Assembly (NCBI GenBank): GCA_046328015.1
Contig: JAXLXH010000001.1
Coordinates: 796,131-860,130 of the forward strand
Reading direction: 5' to 3'
From: Candidatus Sericytochromatia bacterium
Lineage (GTDB): Bacteria > Cyanobacteriota > Sericytochromatia > UBA7694 > JACMQJ01
Length of the DNA stretch: 64,000 nt
Below are positions 1 to 9,242 of the stretch, piece by piece. The first letter of the stretch is position 1; every line of letters begins with the position of its first letter. The notes beneath the pieces were generated by a model, which worked only from the letters and a program-made list of their open reading frames with translations, ran no database searches and was not told the origin of the DNA. The translations under genes and the position numbers were made by a program.

Positions 1-610
1 ATAAAAAAAGATTTGATACTAAGTTTTTCATTTTTAAAAGAGTTTCTTTTTCATAATCTCTTTCTATTATTTTAAAATATTTAAAATTTATTCTATATTC
101 ACCTAAAAGATAATTATTTTCTATCAAATCATTAATATTTATTTTAGCTGTCCAGCTTATATCTCCGTTATATAATAAAATTGGAAAAACAGGTGGTAAC
201 ATTTCTATATTTTTTACTTTATTTTTTTCATTAGCTTTATTTTTATTTGCTTTTTTTACTTCCATTTTTTATGAATTTATCATATCTATGTATAAATTTG
301 TTATATAGTTTAGGATTCTTACACTCATAAATTTATCTACTGTGCTTTGAAATTCCATTAATACATAAATATAAACTTCTTTTTCTGTATTTTTTAATTT
401 TACTTTGTATATTAAATCGCTCTCTGTTTTATCATATTTCTTTGATACAAAGCTTTTATCTATTTTTTCACACTTATTAAAATCTATTTCTTTTACAAAT
501 TCTTCAGATACAAAATTCTCCAATAATTGCCTAAAAAAAGTGATGTTCCCAAACATTTGTTTATATGGTAAATCTTTTGTTTTTTTAAGATCTTTTTTAT
601 CTTTTACCAT
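1..610 (-). pseudogene. Rpn family recombination-promoting nuclease / PD-(D/E)XK putative transposase, interrupted by an in-frame TAA and running off the left edge
   Basis: ATG at 610 (MVKDKK). Motifs ESDLIYKV and YVLMEFQSTVDKFMSVRILNY. After TAA at 269-271 the same frame continues as MLPPVFPILLYNGDISWTAK to position 1. Confidence 0.85.
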
Positions 611-675
611 CTTTATTTTTTTATAAAAATTATAAACTAATTTTATAGTTATTACTTCAAAAATACAATATAAAA

Positions 676-790
676 TTACGCAAAACGTTTTGTGTAACTT
701 TATCAACTATTAGTAAGCGAAGTATTTTACTCTTCTAACTTTTAACTTTTAACTATTCACGCTTGTCTACTAAGCCTGTCGAAGTATCAC
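676..790 (-). repeat. Composite intergenic repeat: TTACGCAAAACGTTTTGYGTAA palindrome, heptamer array and GATACTTCGACAGGCTCAGTAG-type REP unit
   Basis: Palindrome 676-697 recurs at 25128-25149. The 34-bp heptamer block 727-760 is identical to 1796-1829. The REP unit 764-790 resembles copies at 17467, 20543 and 20647. Confidence 0.85.
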
Positions 791-808
791 TATTTTAAGT
801 TATAATAA

Positions 809-922
809 AAATATGGTAAAAAAGTATCAGAGATGTTATTTAATGCGTTTGAATCTGTAAATGGAGATCCAGTAAAACAAAGAAAAAATGTAAAAATGGA
901 ATTATTTGAAAGATGGAGTTGA
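809..922 (+). pseudogene. Start-less 37-codon fragment, possibly the C-terminal remnant of a polymorphic toxin
   Basis: KYGKKVSEMLFNAFESVNGDPVKQRKNVKMELFERWS* ends 3 bp before the Imm11-like gene and begins just after the repeat block. Confidence 0.35.
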
Positions 923-925
923 ATT

Positions 926-1576
926 TTGGAACAAATAAATAAGATTTTTAAATTGTATAGTGATCCTAAATTTAATATATTGAATTATAATGATAAAGAT
1001 ATATATTTAACAGAAGAATTAAATAAACTTTGTATAATTTCAAAATTTGATATTTTTTTTGAAAGAGTAAAAATATCTGATATATGGAAACCAATTAACA
1101 TAACTTTTACAGAAAGAGATTTAGGAAAAAAATTAAGAAAAGATCCTGATTTTATCGAATATTTTATAAAAGGTTTTAGTAAAAAAGCACTTGAATCTTT
1201 AAAAGATTTAATACCTAATGATATAGAAATTTTACCTGTTAACAATGTGTACTCAAAAAAAGAATATTTTTTTATTAATATTCCTTATGATTTAGATTGT
1301 TTGGGTGAAAAAACAATTAAAGATGGAATACATTTTGAAAGATATGATTTTAATTTAAATAAACTTGATAAACATATTTTTACAATAAAGGAAGATCTTA
1401 TGGAGATATATGTTACAGATATATTTGTAAAAAAAGTCCTTGAAAATAAATTAAAAGGATTTGGATTTTCTCCTGTATGGATAAAAGGTGATAGAAAAAT
1501 ATATAAAGACCCTTTTGTAAATGTAGATGATATTGATTCATCAGATGAGTCAACTTGGAAGTACCTTGATATTTAG
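926..1576 (+). CDS. Imm11 (DUF1629)-like immunity protein
   Basis: Pattern EILPV...YFFINI...LDCL...HIFTI...IYVTDIFVKKVLENKLKGFGFSPVW matches the C-terminal signature of this family; TTG start. Confidence 0.65.
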   Translation: MEQINKIFKLYSDPKFNILNYNDKDIYLTEELNKLCIISKFDIFFERVKISDIWKPINITFTERDLGKKLRKDPDFIEYFIKGFSKKALESLKDLIPNDIEILPVNNVYSKKEYFFINIPYDLDCLGEKTIKDGIHFERYDFNLNKLDKHIFTIKEDLMEIYVTDIFVKKVLENKLKGFGFSPVWIKGDRKIYKDPFVNVDDIDSSDESTWKYLDI

Positions 1577-1905
1577 TCAGAATCAGGATTTACAAGATTT
1601 TAGGGTTGTCTGAACTTTAATTTACAAATGATTTTTATGATTAACAGGATTTTTGGTTATAAGGGAGTTGCTATTTATATGTTTTTACCTAAAATTATTA
1701 AAGAGATGAATTTTTTTTAGACTTTAGCCGCATCATAGATATTTTTTAGTTGAGAATTAAAAAAACTTTTTTCAACTATTTTTATACTAATTATCTTACT
1801 CTTCTAACTTTTAACTTTTAACTATTCACACTTCACGATTCACGGAACTCTACTTCTAACTTCTAACTTTTAACTTTTCACTATTCACGCTTCTATTCTT
1901 CTGAC
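1577..1905. repeat. Composite repeat: nonamer module (TCAGAATCAGGATTTACAAGATT), shared spacer and heptamer arrays (TTCTAAC/TTTTAAC/TTCACGA)
   Basis: Modules and spacer align with 25015-25258; the 34-bp block duplicates 727-760. Confidence 0.8.
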
Positions 1906-2002
1906 CTCATAATTAAATAAAAATTAATATTTTCTTAAACTATATATAAGCAAGAATTATATTTTTTTTTGTAAAATTATATATAGTCTATATTTTTTTG
2001 GT

Positions 2003-3235
2003 ATGCTAAAAATGGAAGTTTCTAAATCATCTAATGTAAATAATAATAACCCTTCTCCTTCACCTGTAAAAAACACCATAAATACAGTAAAAGAATATAC
2101 TTCAAATGCTTTAAAATCTGGTGATGATTTTCTTACAAAAAAAGTAAAAAATGAAGGCAACAACCCTTTTGGAAATAGAAGTGATGTTAATGAAAAAAAT
2201 GCACCTAAAGGTGAATTAGAAAAACAATTTATTGCTACTATGAAAAGAATAGATATAAATAATGATGGTTTTATAAATAAAAGAGAATTAAGTACTTTTG
2301 AAAATTGTAATAAAGTTGATAACAAAGAAGCTGCTATGATTGGAGCTTTATTAGACTCTTATGGAAAATTAGAGAACCTTAGCGATGATGAGATGGGATT
2401 AGAGATAAAAGGAATTACAAAAAAAGATATTATAGCTCTTGATGAATTACCAGAAAGTAGCGATTTAAAATCTAATACAGAAGGACTTTATTACAATAAC
2501 TTATATAAAATCAGTTCTGCTGAAAGCACACTAAAAAAAGACGGTGAGTTTAAATTACCTGCTAAAGCAACTGATGTAAATTATAAAGATATCCACCAAG
2601 GATCTTTAGGTGATTGTTACTTTTTAGCTTCTTTAGCTTCTTTTGCACAAAAAAATCCACAAAAAATTGTTGATATGATTAAAGATAATAAAGATGGTTC
2701 TTTTGATGTAAAATTCCCAGATAGAACTGTAAGAATTTCAGCACCTAATAAAACAGAACTAGGGATGTATTCTTCAGAAGGAAAATCGGCTTGGGTTCCT
2801 ATTATAGAAAAAGGCTATGCAGAATATAGAAAACAAGTAGCACCTATAAAAAAGACCAATGAATACGATCATATTGGTAAAGGATCTATGATAATCGGAA
2901 GAGGAATTTATGAACTAACAGGACATTTATTTGATACCGATATTTTAAAAGTACATACTACTGATGATTTAAGAAAAAAACTTACCAAAGCTACTGATAA
3001 TGATAAAATGATGGTTGCAGCTTTAAACAAAGGTATAATTTCTAAAAATAAGTACGACCTGCCGGACGGACATGCATATACCGTATTAGGATATGATTCT
3101 AAAACAGATATGGTAAAAATAAGAAATCCTTGGGGTTCTGGAACTGGAAATGTAAAGGGTGGTCAAGAAGGTATTTTTGAATTACCATTATCGGAATTTC
3201 AAAAAACTTTTTCTGAAGTAGCTTATGAAAGATAA
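2003..3235 (+). CDS. C2 family (calpain-like) cysteine protease with N-terminal EF-hand
   Basis: Triad motifs QGSLGDCYFLA, GHAY and RNPWG; canonical EF-hand loop DINNDGFINKRE; no signal peptide. Start may be ATG 2012. Confidence 0.88.
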   Translation: MLKMEVSKSSNVNNNNPSPSPVKNTINTVKEYTSNALKSGDDFLTKKVKNEGNNPFGNRSDVNEKNAPKGELEKQFIATMKRIDINNDGFINKRELSTFENCNKVDNKEAAMIGALLDSYGKLENLSDDEMGLEIKGITKKDIIALDELPESSDLKSNTEGLYYNNLYKISSAESTLKKDGEFKLPAKATDVNYKDIHQGSLGDCYFLASLASFAQKNPQKIVDMIKDNKDGSFDVKFPDRTVRISAPNKTELGMYSSEGKSAWVPIIEKGYAEYRKQVAPIKKTNEYDHIGKGSMIIGRGIYELTGHLFDTDILKVHTTDDLRKKLTKATDNDKMMVAALNKGIISKNKYDLPDGHAYTVLGYDSKTDMVKIRNPWGSGTGNVKGGQEGIFELPLSEFQKTFSEVAYER

Positions 3236-3267
3236 TCAATAAAAAAATTATAGACTAAAATAAAAAA

Positions 3268-4455
3268 ATGAAAAAACTTTTACCCTTTATATTAGCTTTA
3301 TCAATATTTTCTTGTTCGCAAAAAATTGATACAAATGATTTTATTTCTAATGATAGTGAAATTCAAAGTAATACAGAAAAAAAAGCTAAATGGACTGTAA
3401 TGGTTTATATGTCTGGAGATAATGATTTAGAAGAATATATTGTAAAAGATTTAGAAAAAGAATTAGGCTCAGTTGGTTCTACAGATGCTATTCAGGTAGT
3501 AGCAATTGCTGATAGAAATGAAGGTTATGATACTAGTAGAGGCGATTGGAAAACCACAAAATTATTCCATATCAATAAGGGTTTAAAAGCAACATCTGAA
3601 AGTGCTGTAACTGATTTAGGTGAAAAAAATATGGGAGATCCAAAAACTTTTTCTGATTTTATAGATTGGAGTAAAAAAAATTATCCTGCTGAAAATTATG
3701 CTTTATATATGTGGGGTCATGGTTGGAACTGGCATAAAGGTTTTACAATGGAAGATAAAACTAATAAAGACTCTTTGGATATGCACGAGGTAAAATCTGT
3801 TTTTGATAAAATAGGTAAAATAGATATGATTGCTTATGATGGTTGTAATATGGCTTCTGTAGAAGTTGAAGCTTTATGGTATGGAAAAGCAAAAGCTATA
3901 GTTCATTCTCAAGAATATGTAGGTTGGGATGGAATCGAGTACGACACTGTTTTGAAAGCATTAAATAAAAATCCTAATATGTCCGCAGAAGAATTAGCTA
4001 TTATTACAAATAAAAGTGCTAGTGTTAATAAAGAAAAAACAGGTTCAGCGGTTATTCTAAATGAAAAATATGGAAACCTTTTAAAAACTATTGATGATTG
4101 GTCTGTAGCTCTAAAAAAAGGACTAAAAGATAATATTAAAAATTATGATAAAGCCTTTTCTAAATCTCAACATTTTGTAGAAGATCATGAAAATAAAGAT
4201 TTATATGATTTAGCACAAAAAATTAGTGAAAATGTAACTGACCCTGTTATAAAAGAAAAAAGTCAGAAAGTAATGGATGCCGTTAAATCTGCTGTTATAG
4301 ATGAGTGGCATATAGAAAAGCAATATCCTAATGTTCATGGCATTACTATTTCTAAAGTAAAACCTACTGATGAACAAAGACAATATTATAAAACCTTGGA
4401 TTTTACTAAAAAGGTATCTAATTGGGATAGCTTTTTAACTGAATATAATAAATGA
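3268..4455 (+). CDS. Clostripain-family (C11) cysteine peptidase, lipoprotein
   Basis: Lipobox IFSC; KWTVMVYMSGDNDLE; catalytic His in WGHG and Cys in YDGCNM. Confidence 0.9.
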   Translation: MKKLLPFILALSIFSCSQKIDTNDFISNDSEIQSNTEKKAKWTVMVYMSGDNDLEEYIVKDLEKELGSVGSTDAIQVVAIADRNEGYDTSRGDWKTTKLFHINKGLKATSESAVTDLGEKNMGDPKTFSDFIDWSKKNYPAENYALYMWGHGWNWHKGFTMEDKTNKDSLDMHEVKSVFDKIGKIDMIAYDGCNMASVEVEALWYGKAKAIVHSQEYVGWDGIEYDTVLKALNKNPNMSAEELAIITNKSASVNKEKTGSAVILNEKYGNLLKTIDDWSVALKKGLKDNIKNYDKAFSKSQHFVEDHENKDLYDLAQKISENVTDPVIKEKSQKVMDAVKSAVIDEWHIEKQYPNVHGITISKVKPTDEQRQYYKTLDFTKKVSNWDSFLTEYNK

Positions 4456-5567
4456 AGAAATTTATTGATTTAATAGAAGAAAATAAAAAAAGCATCAAAG
4501 AAATTAGTATTTCTGAATTATTACAAAAAGAAAATTATACTTTAATAGATATTAGAGAAAAAGAAGAAGTAGAAGAAGGTTTTATAGAAAATTCTATTCA
4601 TATTTCAAGAAGTTTTTTAGAACAAAAAATAGAAGAGTTTTATCCAGATAGAAATAGTTTTTTAGTTTTATATTGTGCTAGTGGTAATAGGTCTGTTTTA
4701 GCTTGTAAAAGCTTAATAGAAATGGGCTATAAAAATAGTTACTCTCTAAGTGAAGGTATAAATGGTTGGAAAAATAAAGGTTATAAAATAATAAAACCTC
4801 AAAAAGACGATTTAACTAAAAATGAATTATTAAGATACAATAGACAAATTATTTTACCTGAAGTTGGTAAAAAAGGACAAAAAAAACTTTTAAAAGCTAA
4901 AGTACTTATTATTGGTGCAGGTGGTTTAGGTTCTCCAGTTTGTTATTATTTAGCAGGTGCAGGGGTTGGAACTTTAGGCATAATAGATAAAGATATAGTA
5001 GATTTAAGTAATCTTCATAGGCAAATTATACACACTACATCCAGAGTAGGTTTTTATAAAACAGAATCTGCTAAAGAAAATATTAAACAATTAAACCCAG
5101 ATATTAATGTAATTACTTATAATGAAGAAATAACAGAAAAAAATGCTCGTGAAATAATAAAAAATTATGATTTAGTAATAGATGGAAGTGATAATTTTAA
5201 AACTAAATATTTAATCAATGATATTTGTTTTGAGTTAAATAAACCTAATGTTTATGCAAGTATTTCTAAATTTGATGGTTATTTAAGTGTTTTTGATAGT
5301 AATGATAATACGCCTTGTTATAGATGTTTTTTTCCAGAAGCTCCTAATACCAAAATACAAAACTGTTCTGAAGCAGGTGTTTTGGGTGTAATGGCAGGAA
5401 CTATGGGGATTTTACAAGCAACCGAAGCCATAAAAGTTATTTTGGGAATAGGTGAAATTGTAAAAAATAAAGTTTTAGTTTATAACTCCTTAGATACTTC
5501 TTTTAGAGAAATAAAATTGAAAAAAAATAAAAATTGTCTTTTATGTGGAGATAAAAAAGCTATATAA
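4452..5567 (+). CDS. moeB: MoeB/ThiF-family adenylyltransferase with N-terminal rhodanese domain
   Basis: Rhodanese loop YCASGNRS; RYNRQIILPEVG; GAGGLG; SNLHRQ; CYRC and CLLC zinc sites. Confidence 0.88.
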   Translation: MKKFIDLIEENKKSIKEISISELLQKENYTLIDIREKEEVEEGFIENSIHISRSFLEQKIEEFYPDRNSFLVLYCASGNRSVLACKSLIEMGYKNSYSLSEGINGWKNKGYKIIKPQKDDLTKNELLRYNRQIILPEVGKKGQKKLLKAKVLIIGAGGLGSPVCYYLAGAGVGTLGIIDKDIVDLSNLHRQIIHTTSRVGFYKTESAKENIKQLNPDINVITYNEEITEKNAREIIKNYDLVIDGSDNFKTKYLINDICFELNKPNVYASISKFDGYLSVFDSNDNTPCYRCFFPEAPNTKIQNCSEAGVLGVMAGTMGILQATEAIKVILGIGEIVKNKVLVYNSLDTSFREIKLKKNKNCLLCGDKKAI

Positions 5568-5675
5568 GACTAAAATCTTAAACTTTATATTAAAACTTTT
5601 TATCAAAGCTTTCAAAATAACTAAAATAGTGGTTTAATATGATTTTGGAATGATTTTTTTAGGTTTTTAGTTTAG

Positions 5676-7025
5676 ATGTTTAACCCAAACTTAGTAGAAA
5701 AATTTAGATTTGTTTCTTATGAATTTGATGAAAATACTTTTATCGCAAAATTAAATTATGCGTTTGATGACAATTATTTTTTTACCGAACAAATAGCTTT
5801 TAATAATGCTAATACTGTTTTTGATGATGAAAAAAGAAAAGCCTTAGATTTATGTCTGAAAAATCTTCATTTAGTAGCAGGTTCTAGTTATTACAAAGCT
5901 GCTATTCCACCAAAAATAGTAATAGAAAACCAAGAAATAACAAAAGAAACTTCAGATTTTATGCAAAAATTATATTTAAATGGATTAGGTGAGTTTGCTT
6001 ACAGAAACAATTTAGATTTAAAAGAAAAACTTATTTTTCCTTACTCCGATAAATCACAAGCAGAACCTTCAAATATATCCTTAAAAAGAAGAACTGCCGT
6101 TACTGTTGGAGGGGGTAAAGATTCTATTGTAACTATAGAATTATTAAAGAAAAAAAATGAAGACATTATTTTATTTTCAGTAGGAAATCCTAAGGCTATA
6201 AAACAAACTGTAGAAGTTTCTGAATTACCACATATAACTGTTACCAGAACTTTATCACCTGTTCTTTTTGAATTAAATGCTCAAGGAGCTTATAATGGTC
6301 ATGTTCCAATCTCTGGAATAATAGCTTTTATTTTAGCTTGTTCTTCAATCATCTATGGTTTTGATAGTGTGGCTATGTCTAATGAACGTTCTGCAAATGT
6401 TGGTAATCTAATCAGAGATGGCTTAGAAATAAATCATCAATATAGCAAAGGCTTAGAATTTGAAACAGATGTATCTAACTATTTTCAATCTCATATAATG
6501 AAAAATTTTAATTATTTTTCTTTTCTAAGACCTCTTTCAGAATTAGGTATAGCAAAAATTTTTAGTAAATTTGAAAAATATCATAGTGTTTTTACTAGTT
6601 GTAATGCAGCGTTTAAAATACAACAAGATAAAAGAGTTGATAGATGGTGTCTAAATTGTGATAAATGTAGATTTGTATTTTTAGCTATTGCTCCTTTTTT
6701 AAGTAAAGAAAAAATGTTAAATATTTTTGGAAAAAATTTATTAAATGATGAAACTCAAATAAAAGGCTTTGAAGAACTTATAGGTATTTCTGGACATAAG
6801 CCTTTTGAATGTGTAGGAGAAGTAGAAGAGTGTAATGCTTCCTTTGGGTTACTAAATAAACAAGATGAATGGAAAGATGATATTATGGTAAAAATTTTTA
6901 GAGAAAAAGCTTTGCCTCAAATTAGTAATTTAGATGAAATAATAACTAAGACCTTTAATCTTTCTGATAAACACAGATTAAACACTGATTATTTTAAGCT
7001 TTTAAGTGAAAATTCAAATTTTTAA
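5676..7025 (+). CDS. murL: UDP-MurNAc-L-Ala-L-Glu epimerase MurL
   Basis: Motifs LHLVAGSSYYKAAIP, GGGKDS, YNGHVP, SNERSA, NHQYSK, FTSCN, WCLNCDKCRF, HKPFECVG; directly upstream of a MurD-type ligase. Confidence 0.85.
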   Translation: MFNPNLVEKFRFVSYEFDENTFIAKLNYAFDDNYFFTEQIAFNNANTVFDDEKRKALDLCLKNLHLVAGSSYYKAAIPPKIVIENQEITKETSDFMQKLYLNGLGEFAYRNNLDLKEKLIFPYSDKSQAEPSNISLKRRTAVTVGGGKDSIVTIELLKKKNEDIILFSVGNPKAIKQTVEVSELPHITVTRTLSPVLFELNAQGAYNGHVPISGIIAFILACSSIIYGFDSVAMSNERSANVGNLIRDGLEINHQYSKGLEFETDVSNYFQSHIMKNFNYFSFLRPLSELGIAKIFSKFEKYHSVFTSCNAAFKIQQDKRVDRWCLNCDKCRFVFLAIAPFLSKEKMLNIFGKNLLNDETQIKGFEELIGISGHKPFECVGEVEECNASFGLLNKQDEWKDDIMVKIFREKALPQISNLDEIITKTFNLSDKHRLNTDYFKLLSENSNF

Positions 7026-7046
7026 AAATAATAGCACCTATTTTTT

Positions 7047-7127
7047 GTAAAAAATGTTTTTTTGGACACCATCGTTGGGGGCGTAATCCCTCAATTACTC
7101 AGAAGAAAATCTTCTAGTAATTCTATA
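7047..7127. repeat. MITE-end remnant plus hairpin
   Basis: TTTTTTGTAAAAAATGTTTTTTTGGACACC resembles the right end of the 29803-29904 element; followed by hairpin AATTACTCAGAAG...CTTCTAGTAATT. Confidence 0.55.
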
Positions 7128-7228
7128 AGATTAAAAATAAAAACAAAAAGATTTATTTTTATAATTATTTGTAATATACTTTTAGTTTTTAATGTTCAAA
7201 TGTTTTTTAATTTTATGGGTATATAAAA

Positions 7229-8593
7229 ATGCGTATTCAAGATCTTAAAGATAAAAAAGTTGGAATTTGGGGCTTAGGAGCTGAAGGTTGGTCAACCCTT
7301 AAATTATTAAGAAAAAAATTCCCCGCTACTATTTTTACTTTATTAAATGATACTCATTTTTCTGAAGAAATGGAACAAACCTTAAAACAAGATCCTTTTT
7401 TAGAATTGGTTATCGGAGAAGAAATAGATAAAAAAGCATCTTCTTTAGATGTAATAATAAAATCACCAGGGGTAAGTTTTTATAAAGAACCTATCCAAAA
7501 TGCCTTAAAAAATGGTGTTTATTTTACTTCTGCAACAAAATTATGGTTTGCAGAACATCAAAATGATACCACTGTTTGTATAACAGGAACTAAAGGGAAA
7601 AGTACTACTTCTAGCCTTGTAACACATTTTTTAAGAAATGCAGGAAAAAGAGTAACTTTGGGTGGAAATATTGGTACCCCAATGTTAGATATGTTTGATG
7701 TAGAACCTAAGCCAGAAATATGGGTTATGGAACTTTCTAGTTATCAACTAACAGATTTTGAAGGTTGTTCTCCAACTGTAGCCTTATTATTAAATCTTTT
7801 TCCAGAACATTTAGATTGGCATAAAGGTGTTGAAAACTATTATAAAGATAAAACCAATGTTTTTTCTTATCAAAAAGATAATAGCTTTGCTGTAATAAAT
7901 AAAATAGATAAAAATACTAATTTATATTTAAAACCAGAAAATTTAAAAAACCCTGTATATTTTAATGATAAAAATGGTTTTTATGTAGAAGATGGTTATG
8001 TATGTTATCAAGATAAAAAACTTTTACATGCTTCAGAAGTTCCAATTCCTGGTGAACATAACTTATCTAATATTTGTGCCGCTTTAACTGTAGTAAAATC
8101 TTTAGGAATTGATTTTGAAAAATGCTATAAATCAGTTTCAAGTTTTAAAGGTTTACCTCATAGACTCTATCCTTGTGGAAAAATAGATAACAAATTATTT
8201 ATTGATGATAGTATTTCAACTACTCCACAATCTGCTGTAGCAGCTATGGAAACTCATAAAGATAAAAAAATTACTATTTTATTAGGTGGTTTTGATAGAG
8301 GGTTAGATTTTTCTGAACTAGCTGAATATGTAATAAATAAAAATATTCATGCTGTTATAACTATGCCAGATAATGGAGTAAGAATTGCAGAAGAAATAAA
8401 AACTCGTTTATCAAAAAGTAATGCAACTACTATATTAAAAGAATCCTCTTCTTTGGAAGAAGCTGTTAAATTGGCTAAAGAAATTACACCAGAAAATGGA
8501 GTTGTAATTTTATCTCCTGGTTCACCTAGTTATGGTAAGTTCAAAAATTTTGCTGAAAGAGGTGATTTTTTTGCTAAATATGCAGGTTTTTAA
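7229..8593 (+). CDS. murD: MurD-type UDP-MurNAc-L-Ala:glutamate ligase (probably MurD2, L-Glu specific)
   Basis: WGLGAEG, KSPGV, ITGTKGKSTT, GGNIG, ELSSYQ, NLFPEHLDWH, GLPHRL, DDSISTTP, LSPGSPSYGKFKNFAERG; adjacent to murL. Confidence 0.9.
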   Translation: MRIQDLKDKKVGIWGLGAEGWSTLKLLRKKFPATIFTLLNDTHFSEEMEQTLKQDPFLELVIGEEIDKKASSLDVIIKSPGVSFYKEPIQNALKNGVYFTSATKLWFAEHQNDTTVCITGTKGKSTTSSLVTHFLRNAGKRVTLGGNIGTPMLDMFDVEPKPEIWVMELSSYQLTDFEGCSPTVALLLNLFPEHLDWHKGVENYYKDKTNVFSYQKDNSFAVINKIDKNTNLYLKPENLKNPVYFNDKNGFYVEDGYVCYQDKKLLHASEVPIPGEHNLSNICAALTVVKSLGIDFEKCYKSVSSFKGLPHRLYPCGKIDNKLFIDDSISTTPQSAVAAMETHKDKKITILLGGFDRGLDFSELAEYVINKNIHAVITMPDNGVRIAEEIKTRLSKSNATTILKESSSLEEAVKLAKEITPENGVVILSPGSPSYGKFKNFAERGDFFAKYAGF

Positions 8594-8594
8594 T

Positions 8595-8963
8595 ATGAAA
8601 AAAATATTAAAAAAAATATTATTGTTTTCTGTTTTTTTACTTAATTTTTCTTGTTACCAAATAAAAGAAGAAGTGGAATTTAAAGATACTTTTGATCTTT
8701 TGGAAAGACAAAATAAAAAAACTATTTCAGAACAATTAAGAATAAGATTTGAGAAAATAGAAGAGTTAAAAAATAATATTCGTAAAATAGAAAATTATAA
8801 TAAAAAATTTTTAGTAAAACTTGATTTTGAAAAAGAAGGTTTTAGTAAGACAGAAGATATTTATAATAATATAGAAAAAAATAAAGAATTAATTAGAAAT
8901 TATAATTTTCAAATAAAAAAACTAAAGATGGAGATAAATATTATAAATGGTGAGATTCCATGA
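8595..8963 (+). CDS. Hypothetical coiled-coil lipoprotein
   Basis: ATG 8595 just after the murD stop gives MKKILKKILLFSVFLLNFSC (lipobox-like). Confidence 0.6.
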   Translation: MKKILKKILLFSVFLLNFSCYQIKEEVEFKDTFDLLERQNKKTISEQLRIRFEKIEELKNNIRKIENYNKKFLVKLDFEKEGFSKTEDIYNNIEKNKELIRNYNFQIKKLKMEINIINGEIP

Positions 8964-9130
8964 AGCGAAAAGAGTTTCGTGAAGCGTGAACCGTGAAGCA
9001 ATAAAAATGTTTATGGCTTTTTTATTTATTAGCAGAATAATAAATAGAATACTCAATATAAAGTTTCCATTCACTCTTCACCCTTCACGATTAACGATTA
9101 ACGATTAACGCCTCACGATTAACGACCCAC
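8961..9130. repeat. Inverted pair of heptamer arrays (GTGAAGC/GTGAACC left; TTCACGA/TTAACGA right)
   Basis: Left array about 8961-9000 and complementary right array about 9070-9130 flank an AT-rich spacer. Confidence 0.8.
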
Positions 9131-9242
9131 ACTTTATATCTCCTAAAAAAAAGATATTAATATTTTTTTGAAATTATTAAAAGAGATCTATTTTAAATGG
9201 TAAAATAATTTTAGGAACTTATTAGCTAAGACATAAAGGTTT

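Noticed and set aside
2003-5567. Ubiquitin-like conjugation system (E1-like MoeB plus proteases)
   Set aside because: The E1-like protein is a standard rhodanese-MoeB fusion, and no E2, JAB or Ub-like gene is adjacent.
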